The notes under the pieces were generated by a model. The model was given only the letters and a program-made list of their open reading frames with translations, made no database searches and was not told where the DNA came from. From NCBI GenBank assembly GCA_015067715.1, contig SVLY01000008.1, forward strand, positions 740-64,739: a stretch of 64,000 bases of DNA, read 5' to 3'. Made by a program: the position numbers and the translations under genes. This DNA comes from Oscillospiraceae bacterium (GTDB taxonomy: Bacteria; Bacillota; Clostridia; Oscillospirales; QAMX01). Shown piece by piece: positions 46,925 through 56,248 of this stretch (positions are counted from its first letter, which is position 1; each line of letters begins with the position of its first letter).

Positions 46925-46985
46925 ATGCAGGCTGTAAAGAAATGCGGCTTTACAAAGCCCTGCAGCTTGTCGGGAGGTATGCACA

Positions 46986-47348
46986 ATGAAAGAGAATGCG
47001 TTTCGCATGTGTATGCTGTTCGATTTTTACGGACCTGTGCTGACAGAGCGCCAACAGGAAGTCTTTGACCTGTATTACAACGAAGATCTCTCGCTCACCG
47101 AAATCTCCGAGCACGCAAACATCACCCGTCAGGGCGTTCGCGACGCTGTGGTCAAGGCCTCCAATATCCTCAACGAGATGGAGGAAAAATTGGGGCTTGT
47201 TGAAAAGTTTATCAAGACCACCCGTGATTTCGACAGGATCGCACAGGACGTTGATGCTCTGCTTGAGCTCAACAGAAAGCGCTACCGCTCCACTGAGTTT
47301 GACCTCAAGCTCACAGAGATACTGGCGCTTGCCAGACAAAACACCTAA
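46986..47348 (+). CDS. ylxM: YlxM/p13-like putative DNA-binding protein (UPF0122)
   Basis: FDFYGPVLTERQQEVFDLYYNEDLSLTEISEHANITRQGVRDAV, immediately upstream of ffh. Confidence 0.85.
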   Translation: MKENAFRMCMLFDFYGPVLTERQQEVFDLYYNEDLSLTEISEHANITRQGVRDAVVKASNILNEMEEKLGLVEKFIKTTRDFDRIAQDVDALLELNRKRYRSTEFDLKLTEILALARQNT

Positions 47349-47369
47349 TTTTCAAATTGGAGCAAAGAA

Positions 47370-48737
47370 ATGGCTTTTGAAAACTTACAGGAAAAACTCG
47401 GCAAAGTATTTTCCCGCCTTCGCGGCCGCGGAAAGCTTTCTGAGGGTGATATCCGTTCCGCAATGCGGGAAGTCAAGCTTGCTCTTCTGGAAGCCGACGT
47501 TAACGTCAAGGTCGTAAACGACTTTGTCCGCACGGTCTCCGAAAAGTCCCTTGGCGCCGAGGTCCACGAAAGCCTCAACCCCGCCCAGCAGGTCATCAAG
47601 ATAGTCAATGAAGAGCTCACCGCAATGATGGGCGGCCAGAATGCCAGAGTAAACATGGCATCCAAGGGTCCCACCGTTATCATGATGGTCGGCCTTCAGG
47701 GCGCAGGTAAGACCACCAACGGTGCAAAGCTTGCCGCCTACTTTAAAGAAACTCTCAAAAAGCGCCCCCTGCTCGTGGCCTGCGACGTTTACCGCCCCGC
47801 CGCCATCAAACAGCTGCAGGTCGTCGGTGAACAGGTTGGCGTTCCCGTTTTCGAAATGGGTCAGGGCAACCCCGTTGAGATCGCAAAAAAGGGTCTTGCC
47901 CACGCCGCTCTCAACGGAAACGACCTTGTCCTCATCGATACTGCCGGCCGTCTCCACATCGACGAAGCCCTTATGGACGAGCTCAAGAGCATCAAGTCCG
48001 AGGTCAACCCCAACGAGATCATGCTTGTCGTCGACGCAATGACCGGCCAGGATGCCGCAAACGTCGCCTCTGCCTTTAACGACGCGCTCTCCATTGACGG
48101 CGTGCTCCTTGCAAAGCACGATTCCGACGCCCGCGGCGGTGCCGCTCTCTCCGTCAGAGCCGTAACCGGAAAGCCCATCAAGTTCGTTGGTACCGGCGAA
48201 AAGATCGAGGCAAACTGCATTGAGCCCTTCCACCCCGACCGTGTGGCTTCCCGCATTCTGGGCATGGGCGATATGCTCTCCTTCATCGAAAAAGCCCAGC
48301 GCAATTTCGATGATAAAAAAGCCGCAGAGCTTGAACAGAAGCTCCGCAAAAACAAGTTCGACCTTGACGACTATCTTGAACAGATGCAGCAGCTCAAGGG
48401 AATGGGTTCCCTTGAAAGCCTTGCAGGCATGGTTCCCGGCGTAAGCGCAAAACAGCTTGCCGGCGCCAAGATAGACGAAAAGATAATCACCCGAACCGAG
48501 GCCGTTATTCGCTCCATGACCAAAAAGGAGCGTCAGAATCCCGGAATTCTCAACTTTAGCCGCAAGAAGAGAATTGCCGCAGGCAGCGGCTGCCGCATCG
48601 AGGATATCAACCGCGTTTTGAAGCAGTTTGAAATGACCCAGATGATGGCAAAAAAGATGACTGGCGGAGGCAAGCAAAAGCTTAACTTCGGCGGCCCCAA
48701 AGCTAAAAACAGCAAGGGCTTTAAATATCCCTTCTAA
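47370..48737 (+). CDS. ffh: signal recognition particle protein Ffh
   Basis: N and G domains (GLQGAGKTT, DTAGR, AKHD) and a Met-rich M domain. 455 aa. Confidence 0.95.
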   Translation: MAFENLQEKLGKVFSRLRGRGKLSEGDIRSAMREVKLALLEADVNVKVVNDFVRTVSEKSLGAEVHESLNPAQQVIKIVNEELTAMMGGQNARVNMASKGPTVIMMVGLQGAGKTTNGAKLAAYFKETLKKRPLLVACDVYRPAAIKQLQVVGEQVGVPVFEMGQGNPVEIAKKGLAHAALNGNDLVLIDTAGRLHIDEALMDELKSIKSEVNPNEIMLVVDAMTGQDAANVASAFNDALSIDGVLLAKHDSDARGGAALSVRAVTGKPIKFVGTGEKIEANCIEPFHPDRVASRILGMGDMLSFIEKAQRNFDDKKAAELEQKLRKNKFDLDDYLEQMQQLKGMGSLESLAGMVPGVSAKQLAGAKIDEKIITRTEAVIRSMTKKERQNPGILNFSRKKRIAAGSGCRIEDINRVLKQFEMTQMMAKKMTGGGKQKLNFGGPKAKNSKGFKYPF

Positions 48738-48776
48738 TTATAAGACTGTTTTAATATTTAATGGAGGTAATACACA

Positions 48777-49016
48777 ATGGTTAAGATCAGACTTCGCAGA
48801 ATGGGCGCAAAGAAGGCTCCTTTCTACCGCATCGTTGTTGCTGATTCCAAGTTCCCCCGCGACGGCAGATTCATCGAGGAGATCGGTACTTACAACCCCC
48901 TCAAGAATCCTTCCGAGGTTACCATCGATGCCGACAAGGTCAAAGAGTGGATCCGCAACGGCGCTCAGCCCACTGACACCGTTAAGTCTCTTCTGAAAAA
49001 AGAAGGCATTCTCTAA
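48777..49016 (+). CDS. rpsP: 30S ribosomal protein S16
   Basis: [24 protein letters not shown]... Confidence 0.95.
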   Translation: MVKIRLRRMGAKKAPFYRIVVADSKFPRDGRFIEEIGTYNPLKNPSEVTIDADKVKEWIRNGAQPTDTVKSLLKKEGIL

Positions 49017-49052
49017 GAAATCAACCCGTCGCTGACGAAAAGGAAAGATTTA

Positions 49053-49286
49053 ATGAAAGAGCTTCTCTATTATATCGTCAAGGCTCTTGTCGACAATCCC
49101 GATGAGGTTTCTGTCACAGAAAAGACCCGGGAGGACGGAGAGCTTGTTCTTGAGCTTACCGTTGCTCAGAGCGATATGGGAAAAGTCATTGGCAGACAGG
49201 GCAGGATCGTTAAGGCCATCAGGTCCATCATGAAATCTGCCGCTGCTCATGAGAACATCCGCGTTTCCGTGGACATTCTCGGCTAA
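49053..49286 (+). CDS. KH-domain RNA-binding protein (YlqC-like)
   Basis: 77 aa with a GKVIGRQGRIVKAIRSI KH motif, in the conserved position between rpsP and rimM. Confidence 0.9.
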   Translation: MKELLYYIVKALVDNPDEVSVTEKTREDGELVLELTVAQSDMGKVIGRQGRIVKAIRSIMKSAAAHENIRVSVDILG

Positions 49287-49299
49287 GACGAACAAACGG

Positions 49300-49361
49300 G
49301 GCTGCTGCAAAAACGGGGTATTTTCGGATACTGCGGTTTTGCAGCAGCCTTGATCTTTTTT
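49300..49361 (+). terminator. terminator/attenuator-like hairpin inside the ffh-trmD operon
   Basis: 13-bp stem ggctgctgcaaaa/ttttgcagcagcc (49300..49312 and 49337..49349) followed by ttgatctttttt. Confidence 0.5.
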
Positions 49362-49397
49362 CACAAAAGGCGGTGCATTCATTTGACAGAGAAAAAA

Positions 49398-49880
49398 ATG
49401 CTTGAAGCCGGAAGGCTTGTTACCACCCACGGAGTCCGGGGTGAGCTTAAGCTCCAGCCATGGTGCGACAGCGCCGAATTTGCGCTAAAGATCAAAAAGC
49501 TCTACATGGACGGAGAGCCCCTTAAGCTCCGATCCCGCAGAGTCCACAAAAACACCCTTTTGCTCACTATCGACGGGGTGGACACGGTTGAAAAGGCAAA
49601 GTTTCTCGTGGGCAAGGTGCTCTACTTCAAAAGAGAGGATGCTCCCCTGCCGGAAAACTCCTATTTCATCGCCGACCTTATCGGCCTCACCGTTTTCGAC
49701 AACCGCACAGAGAAGACCATCGGCAAAATTACCGACGTTCTTCAACGCCCCGCAAGCGATATTTACGTTGTCACCAACGGCGAGGACGAGATACTCATTC
49801 CTGCCGCCGGAGATTTTATCGACTCTGTGGACATAGACGGCGGTATTATGAAGGTTAACACTATCGAGGGCATGATATGA
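49398..49880 (+). CDS. rimM: 16S rRNA processing protein RimM
   Basis: MLEAGRLVTTHGVRGELKLQPW... I chose the ATG at 49398 over the ORF-track start at 49350. Confidence 0.9.
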   Translation: MLEAGRLVTTHGVRGELKLQPWCDSAEFALKIKKLYMDGEPLKLRSRRVHKNTLLLTIDGVDTVEKAKFLVGKVLYFKREDAPLPENSYFIADLIGLTVFDNRTEKTIGKITDVLQRPASDIYVVTNGEDEILIPAAGDFIDSVDIDGGIMKVNTIEGMI

Positions 49881-50611
49881 CACCGAAAGTCAGTATTCTC
49901 ACGCTTTTCCCCGAAGCCGTTCAGGGCATGCTGGGAGCCAGCATCACGGGAAATGCGCTTAAAAACGGAATATTCCAGCTTAACTGCGTTCAGATACGAG
50001 ACTACACTCAAAACAAGCAAAAACAGGTGGACGACTATCCCTACGGCGGCGGCATGGGCATGCTTATGCAGGCAGACCCTCTGTACCGCGCATGGGAGAG
50101 CGTTTGCCAGGGTAAAAAGGTACACACCATTCTCATGAGCGCCCAGGGCCACACCTACACCCAAAAGGACGCCAAGCGTCTTTCCCTTTACGACCACGTC
50201 TGCATCGTCTGCGGCCACTACGAGGGCGTAGACAGGCGCTTTATCGACGAGTGTGTTGATGAAGAGATCTCTCTTGGGGATTTTGTTATGACCGGCGGCG
50301 AGATCCCCGCCCTTGCTATCGTGGACTCCATGGTCCGCCTGCTCCCCGGCACTCTGGCAGATGAGAGCTGTTACACCGACGAGAGCCATTGGAGCGGCCT
50401 TTTGGAATATCCCCACTACACCCGTCCCGAAGAATGGCACGGCAGAAAGGTCCCCGAGGTGCTCACCTCCGGCCACAAGGAAAACATCCGCAAATGGCGC
50501 AGAAAACAGGCTCTGCTTGCCACAAGGGAGAGACGGCCGGATATGTTCCAAAAGCTCACCCTCACCAAAGAGGATCTCATGCTTCTCGCCGAAGAAGACG
50601 CTAAGGAGTGA
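49877..50611 (+). CDS. trmD: tRNA (guanine37-N1)-methyltransferase TrmD
   Basis: ILTLFPE..., DDYPYGGGMGM, CGHYEGVDRR, SLGDFVMTGGE. Confidence 0.95.
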   Translation: MTPKVSILTLFPEAVQGMLGASITGNALKNGIFQLNCVQIRDYTQNKQKQVDDYPYGGGMGMLMQADPLYRAWESVCQGKKVHTILMSAQGHTYTQKDAKRLSLYDHVCIVCGHYEGVDRRFIDECVDEEISLGDFVMTGGEIPALAIVDSMVRLLPGTLADESCYTDESHWSGLLEYPHYTRPEEWHGRKVPEVLTSGHKENIRKWRRKQALLATRERRPDMFQKLTLTKEDLMLLAEEDAKE

Positions 50612-50910
50612 GATCTATGGAGCTTAACTGGAGAAGACAGTTAAAAGCCAAAGCCGGCTACGTTGCAATGGCAATTTCCGGCTCGGCTCTGACACCTTTC
50701 TTTTTCACCGGCTTTATCGCCCTGTTACAGGAATCCCTTATCGGAGCGTTAGTGGTGTTTTTTATCATGCTTTGCAGTATAGCCCTTGGGGTCTGTGGCG
50801 TTGTCGGTATAATCGCCGTGGTAAAGCACAACAAAAAGGTTGAAGAGGCTTACGTTGCCGCCTTTGACGCCGAGGTTGCAAAGGACATTGCCCGGATAAA
50901 AAGCAAATAA
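50608..50910 (+). CDS. small two-TM membrane protein, hypothetical
   Basis: 100 aa. ATGA-type overlap with the trmD stop. Two hydrophobic segments. Confidence 0.55.
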   Translation: MRSMELNWRRQLKAKAGYVAMAISGSALTPFFFTGFIALLQESLIGALVVFFIMLCSIALGVCGVVGIIAVVKHNKKVEEAYVAAFDAEVAKDIARIKSK

Positions 50911-50929
50911 AACTCCCCTGCTATATTTA

Positions 50930-50968
50930 ACCGCAGCACCCATTTACGAGTGCTGCGGTCGTTTTTTT
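50930..50968 (+). terminator. intrinsic terminator of the ffh-trmD operon
   Basis: accgcagcac-ccatttacga-gtgctgcggt followed by cgttttttt. Confidence 0.75.
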
Positions 50969-50969
50969 A

Positions 50970-51722
50970 TCAGGAGTTTAGTATTTCACTGATGCGGCGG
51001 TATTTTTCAAGATAAACGCTGTTGTTTTCCACCTCGGCGAGTGCGGAAAGATGGTGCTTCAACACCCAATCCAGAGCAGAAATGGCTTCTCTTGCGGTTT
51101 GAGCTTTTTCCTCTCCGGAAGACAGGGCAACGATGGCGTTTTCCCTTGCCTTGTAGAGATTTGGAAGCTTTTTTGCCGCGGCTATCGCCTTTTCGTGCTC
51201 GCCCAATTCCAGGTAAGCAAAGCAGATATTGTACAGAGTTGCGTTTCTCACCTCGGAATCCGGCCCGCGGAGTATTTCCTCCTGAATGCGCAGGGACTCC
51301 CGAAGGTTCTCCCGTTTTTCCTCCTCTGTTCCGGAAAGGCGCTCGATGGAGGTGGAAAGCTGTACCAGCAAAAGCTGATCCCCGGGATAGGTCTTGAGTG
51401 CGTTTCGCATAAGGGAAATGTTTTTCAGGTGCAGGCTGTCATCCCCTTCAGCCTTTGCCTTTTCGTGAGTGGAAAGCCATAGGGCGTTGATCTCGTCGTA
51501 TCTGGATTTTGAGGCTATCTCCTCCATGCCGATAAGCTCGTCCACCGTAATGCCAAAATAGTTTGCCAAAGAGGGAAGCATGGTTATGTCCGGGTATCCC
51601 TCGTTGCGCTCCCACTTTGAAATTGCCTGATAGGTCACCCCAATGGCGGCGGCAACGTCCTCCTGAGTGAGGTCGCGGTTTCTGCGGTAGAGTTTTAGTT
51701 TTTCGCCAATGAGAAGTTTCAT
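50970..51722 (-). CDS. XRE-family HTH transcriptional regulator with a TPR-like C-terminal domain
   Basis: LYRRNRDLTQEDVAAAIGVTYQAISKWERNEGYPD. 250 aa. Confidence 0.85.
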   Translation of the reverse strand: MKLLIGEKLKLYRRNRDLTQEDVAAAIGVTYQAISKWERNEGYPDITMLPSLANYFGITVDELIGMEEIASKSRYDEINALWLSTHEKAKAEGDDSLHLKNISLMRNALKTYPGDQLLLVQLSTSIERLSGTEEEKRENLRESLRIQEEILRGPDSEVRNATLYNICFAYLELGEHEKAIAAAKKLPNLYKARENAIVALSSGEEKAQTAREAISALDWVLKHHLSALAEVENNSVYLEKYRRISEILNS

Positions 51723-51862
51723 GTGATTCTCCTTTTTCCGTTATATATGCATTCGGCCGTCTGCAGATACGATTATACCATAATCCCCCGCTTAATCAAT
51801 AACGGCTCTGTTTAGGATACACAACAGCCCGTTGTATAATTCCCTTTGCCGTTGCACGGGCA

Positions 51863-51901
51863 GACAAAAAAACACAGCCAAAGCGCACTCCGGCTGTGTT
51901 T
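51863..51901 (-). terminator. intrinsic terminator of 51912..53984
   Basis: Minus strand reads aaacacagcc-ggagtgcgcttt-ggctgtgttt followed by TTTTTTG. Confidence 0.7.
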
Positions 51902-51911
51902 ATAAAATGAT

Positions 51912-53984
51912 CTACAGACCAATAAAGAAGCATCCCCGTCCGCACTCAAGGTCGACCCGAAGTTCACAGCCTCCGTCGATTGCATTAGCAGAAAGCTCAC
52001 GAACCTCTCCGCCCATTGGGTCTGCCAGATAGAGCTTCGAAAAATCACCGTAAAGGGTGAACCCGGTGCTGACCGGTACGTCGCCCATGTTTGCAAGGTA
52101 AAACACCCTGTGGCCTTCCTCCGTTACACGGCAATGGGAGAGAATATCCTTATTTGGCTCTTCGAGCTTAAGGGACAAATGTCTGCGGGTCAACGCTCCG
52201 TCAAGATAATCACAGAAGCTGTCTTTGGGAATTGCTTTCCCAAGAGATGCTACGAGTTCAGCATCAAAGGGAAGACCGGTGTTTCTCGAGAATGCGGGCA
52301 TTTCTTCCACGAAGAAAAGGTCAACACCGGCATTCTTCAGCTCAAAGAGCTTTTCCAGCGCGGCATCCTCAAAAACTCTGCAGCAGGGAAGAACAACGGC
52401 TGAATACTCTCTGTCACCCCAGGTCAGCTTGCCGTCCCTGACTTCACATTCGCAGAGGATGGAAGAATCAATATAGTCGTAGTCCACCTGATGCTTCAAA
52501 AGCCCCCATGACGACCGGATGAACGAAAACTCAACTGAAACGATGGCGTCACTGAAGTCGTGGGCACGTTCCTTTGTGGTGGGGGTATATGCCGCCCACA
52601 TTGCCGCTTCAGGATAGAGCACGGCAACGCGGCTGTCACGCTTGCCCTGCCGCAACAGCGCGCCCGAGCGGGAAACGTAACGGTTGAGCCGAAGCTGCTC
52701 TTCTTCGGTTATTCCGTCCCAGGAATAATAGCTTGTGAAATTGTTCACACCCATGGCCAGGTGCCAGTTAACAGAGCCGTAATAGCAGTCTATGCCGGCC
52801 TTGTCACCTCTTTCCCGAACGGAGTGATCGGAAAACTCCGTAAACACCTCGTGCTCACCGTTAAGGTCAGCAAAGGATGAAACAAATCTTGCTATGGGGA
52901 TCTGCCCGTCAAACATGAGGTCGCGGGTCTCCGTTGCAAGCTGATCTATGCCCGGCCAGTCGAAGCGGCGCATACTGCGGAAGAAAGACCCGTAGTTCAC
53001 TATATGCCGCTGAAGACACTCTTCTTCCAGCATATGCCCCGAGGATTTAAGTCCGTTTTGGTGGCACCAGTCCTGAATTCCGGCAAAGAAGCCGTCGGCA
53101 ACGGAATCTGCAATAAACTCCCAAAAGTCACAGCGGCGCTTCACAACGTCGTTGCCCTTTGAAAGAACGACCGCAACACAGGCGTTCACAAAGGGATAGC
53201 CGTATTTTGCCTCAAACTCTTCGGGATAGCTGTCCAGCCAGGGAAGTATGGGGAAAACTCCGGTACGGATATTCCAGGCGATGAGCGAGGGCTCGTCCGT
53301 GAAGGTAGCAAGAATGCCCTTGCCAAACTCATCACCCAAAATCGCCTTATATTTCTCGTGGGTGCAGTCAATAAAGGCCTGGGTGGCCTTTTTGTCCGAC
53401 ATACTTATGTAGTTCCGGGGCTCGCTGTAGCTGTCAGAGGCGTGAGTTCCGTCGAACAGGCGGCGTATGCTCATCATAAACAGATAGAACCGCCCGTTTG
53501 GCACCTCAACGTAGAGAACTCCATTCTCGTTTTGGAAATGAGTTACGTCTATGGGGTCTCCGCCCTCAACGGGGATGAGCACGGCCTTCCAAAGCCTGTC
53601 TCCGGGTACGTCCGCCCGGTAGACCGAGGGACCGCCGATAACGCGCCAGTAGTCAAAGCAGTACAATCCCTTGGCGATAAACTCCGGGTTGTGCTCGGTG
53701 ACGTATCCTCCACCGGTGCCGGAGGGATAACCCTTTTCGTCGTAGATCCAGGTGTGCATTCCCCTGCGGATATACTCTCTGAAGCCATCTTCAGTCTTCT
53801 TCCAGCAATCCTCATCATCCGGGAAAGAGTAATTGTAGGGAATGTTACCCACAACTCCCCCAAATCCGCACCTGTCGAATCTATCTGCAAGAGCCGGGTC
53901 TGCAATGCCCCCGTGAATGATCTGATAAATGGCATACCTTCTGTCGGGTTCTTTAAAAGAATCAATAAGCCCTCTTACGTCCAC
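51912..53984 (-). CDS. hypothetical cytoplasmic protein, glycosidase-like
   Basis: 690-aa ORF with no signal peptide. The family was not recognised with confidence. The size and W/Y/D/E-rich segments suggest a glycoside-hydrolase-like protein. Confidence 0.5.
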   Translation of the reverse strand: MDVRGLIDSFKEPDRRYAIYQIIHGGIADPALADRFDRCGFGGVVGNIPYNYSFPDDEDCWKKTEDGFREYIRRGMHTWIYDEKGYPSGTGGGYVTEHNPEFIAKGLYCFDYWRVIGGPSVYRADVPGDRLWKAVLIPVEGGDPIDVTHFQNENGVLYVEVPNGRFYLFMMSIRRLFDGTHASDSYSEPRNYISMSDKKATQAFIDCTHEKYKAILGDEFGKGILATFTDEPSLIAWNIRTGVFPILPWLDSYPEEFEAKYGYPFVNACVAVVLSKGNDVVKRRCDFWEFIADSVADGFFAGIQDWCHQNGLKSSGHMLEEECLQRHIVNYGSFFRSMRRFDWPGIDQLATETRDLMFDGQIPIARFVSSFADLNGEHEVFTEFSDHSVRERGDKAGIDCYYGSVNWHLAMGVNNFTSYYSWDGITEEEQLRLNRYVSRSGALLRQGKRDSRVAVLYPEAAMWAAYTPTTKERAHDFSDAIVSVEFSFIRSSWGLLKHQVDYDYIDSSILCECEVRDGKLTWGDREYSAVVLPCCRVFEDAALEKLFELKNAGVDLFFVEEMPAFSRNTGLPFDAELVASLGKAIPKDSFCDYLDGALTRRHLSLKLEEPNKDILSHCRVTEEGHRVFYLANMGDVPVSTGFTLYGDFSKLYLADPMGGEVRELSANAIDGGCELRVDLECGRGCFFIGL

Positions 53985-54032
53985 GTTATCATCTCCTTAC
54001 CGGATAATAATTCCAAAACAGGGAAAACAGAT

Positions 54033-55073
54033 TTATTCTGCGGTATATTCGCCGTAGACCTCGGCAAGTCTGTGGGGATAGTCCGTCATAATACCGTCAG
54101 CACCGATGGCGATAAGCTCACGCATCTCCTCGGGGTCGTTGACCGTCCAGTAGTGAACGGCAAGATTGTTTCTGTGGGCAGCCTTAACAAAGCTCTTCGT
54201 CGCAAGGCTTATGCCGTATTCCTCGGTGGGAAGCTGGAAAACGCACATCTCATCCCCAAAGAACTGATCCAGACGCAGGTAGTGCAGGAGCAAAAACTTA
54301 ATTGATGCCGCGTATGCCGGAGAGAACATAAACTCCTCCGGAACCTCTCCCGATGCCGCAAGAGCGCAGAACTCGTCATATATCTCCTCGTGGAAGCTGG
54401 CAACCACAACACGGTCAAAGGCATCATACTTTTCAAGAAGGTCGATAATCGCAGAAAGAGCCTTTTTTCCCGTTTCGCCGGACTGCTTTATCTCAACGTT
54501 TATGCGGTTTTCCGGGAAGGCGACGATGAGCTCCTCAAGGGTCGTGGCAAGATATACGGTCTGATGACGGGGCGAAACACCCTGGGGGTATTCAACGTCC
54601 ACGGGGTATTTATTATTTCCCCCGTCGTCCGCAAAAAGCTTGCGCTCGCCAACCAAAACGCCCCCTTCGGTGGGGTTGGTATAGCCAAAGTTGACCTGCT
54701 GAGCCATAAGGTCCGAATAGTTCCAGTCTGCGATCTTGCCGGTGACGTTGGTCTTACGGTCAAGGGTCGTATCGTGGGAGAGAATGACGACGCCGTCGGC
54801 AGTTATGCTGACGTCAGTTTCCATCATTACGTTTTTATCGACGCTGTAGGCGTTGTAGAAGGCTTCGAGAGTGTTGTCCGGAAATTCCCGGTTACCGCCA
54901 CCGTGGGCAATGAGAATGGGAAGGTCGGTCTCGGTGCGCATGGGGTTGTCAAGCTTAAAGTTTTTTCCCTTAGGCCAGATGGCAAGAATGCCGTAGACCA
55001 GCAAAATGGTGCCAATGACAATAAGCACGGTAAGGGCGATCTTTTTCTTTTTTCCGGGTGCGGTCTTTTCCAT
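54033..55073 (-). CDS. membrane-anchored glycerophosphodiester phosphodiesterase (GDPD family)
   Basis: N-terminal transmembrane segment, ILIAHGGGNREFPDNTLEAF, METDVSITADGVVILSHD, VHYWTVND. Confidence 0.8.
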   Translation of the reverse strand: MEKTAPGKKKKIALTVLIVIGTILLVYGILAIWPKGKNFKLDNPMRTETDLPILIAHGGGNREFPDNTLEAFYNAYSVDKNVMMETDVSITADGVVILSHDTTLDRKTNVTGKIADWNYSDLMAQQVNFGYTNPTEGGVLVGERKLFADDGGNNKYPVDVEYPQGVSPRHQTVYLATTLEELIVAFPENRINVEIKQSGETGKKALSAIIDLLEKYDAFDRVVVASFHEEIYDEFCALAASGEVPEEFMFSPAYAASIKFLLLHYLRLDQFFGDEMCVFQLPTEEYGISLATKSFVKAAHRNNLAVHYWTVNDPEEMRELIAIGADGIMTDYPHRLAEVYGEYTAE

Positions 55074-55190
55074 TTGTGAAGCTCTCCTTTCAAAATGCAG
55101 GGGGACTTATTTCGACAGTTATATTATAAACGCTCCGGGAACAAAAAGCAACGGCAAATTCAAATATATCTCTCCGGGCAAATCTTTCAA

Positions 55191-55219
55191 TTGACAAAGC
55201 GGAAGATATGTCGTATAAT
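55191..55219 (+). promoter_or_regulatory. consensus sigma-70 promoter
   Basis: TTGACA-17 nt-TATAAT. This implies the ATG at 55228 sits essentially at the transcription start, so the ATG at 55267 (GGAGG upstream) is preferred. Confidence 0.6.
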
Positions 55220-55266
55220 TACCCTGTATGAGACCAAATGTTAAACACTATCGGAGGCATTTGACT

Positions 55267-56247
55267 ATGGAAGAAAAAAACGTAAAGATCCCCGGCCAGC
55301 TTGATTTCGAAAACATTCGCACCTGGTCCGTTAAGGACAGAGTAAATCTCGTCCGCATCGACAATCTCTTTAACCTCACCGACGAATTCGCAGATTACGA
55401 AAACCCCGATTTTGACACACTCGTTTCCAAGATAATCGCCGCCAAGGAAGCCGGAGCCGCCGTTATCATGTCCATCGGCGCCCACGTTATCAAGAATAAC
55501 CTCTCCCGTTTCCTTATCGCCCTTATCAAAGAGGGCTACATCACCCACCTTTCCGGCAACGGCGCCTGCAGCATCCACGATTTTGAGCTCTGCTACAACG
55601 GCGGCACTTCCGAAAACGTCCCCACCGCCATTGAGGACGGCTCTTTCGGCATGTGGGAAGAGACCGGCGCATGGATGAATGAGGCCATTCAGGAAGGCGC
55701 AAAGCGCGATCTGGGCTACGGTGAGGCTCTCGCCGTTTACGTGGACGAGCATCCCGAAAAGTTCCCCTACCGCGACGACTGCGTTTTCTACCAGGCATGG
55801 AAGCACGGAGTTCCCGCCACCTACCACATTGCTCTTGGCACCGACATTATCCACGAGCATCCCTCCGTTGACTTCGCCGCCATCGGCAAGTGCAGCGGTA
55901 TTGACTTCCACAAATACTGCTACTCCATGAAGAACCTTGAAAACGGCGTCTTCATGAACTTTGGCTCCGGCGTTATCGGACCTGAGGTCTTCCTTAAGGC
56001 TCTCTCCATCGTCCGTAACCTTGGCTACCCCTCCTTCCACATCACCACCGGCAACTTCGACCTTATCGACCTTGGTGACTACCGCAGCAAGATCGGCTAT
56101 GACGATCCCAACTACTACTACCGTCCCAGAAAGAACATCGTCAACCGTCCCACCAGCGTCGCCGGTCAGGGCTGGCACTTTGTTGTGGACCATAAGATCA
56201 GCATTCCCAACCTCTATTTCAAGCTGAAGGCAAAGGAAGGTAAATAA
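55267..56247 (+). CDS. hypothetical protein, possibly deoxyhypusine-synthase-like (DHS-like NAD-binding fold)
   Basis: 326 aa. Segments AAVIMSIGAHVIKNN and ITHLSGNGACSIHDFE are reminiscent of DHS-like proteins. This is a weak assignment. Confidence 0.55.
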   Translation: MEEKNVKIPGQLDFENIRTWSVKDRVNLVRIDNLFNLTDEFADYENPDFDTLVSKIIAAKEAGAAVIMSIGAHVIKNNLSRFLIALIKEGYITHLSGNGACSIHDFELCYNGGTSENVPTAIEDGSFGMWEETGAWMNEAIQEGAKRDLGYGEALAVYVDEHPEKFPYRDDCVFYQAWKHGVPATYHIALGTDIIHEHPSVDFAAIGKCSGIDFHKYCYSMKNLENGVFMNFGSGVIGPEVFLKALSIVRNLGYPSFHITTGNFDLIDLGDYRSKIGYDDPNYYYRPRKNIVNRPTSVAGQGWHFVVDHKISIPNLYFKLKAKEGK

Positions 56248-56248
56248 A

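Noticed and set aside
47385-48677. 430-aa minus-strand ORF
   Set aside because: This is an antisense shadow of ffh, which is unambiguous.
53358-54305. 315-aa plus-strand ORF
   Set aside because: It spans the ends of two well-supported minus-strand genes, so it is an antisense shadow.
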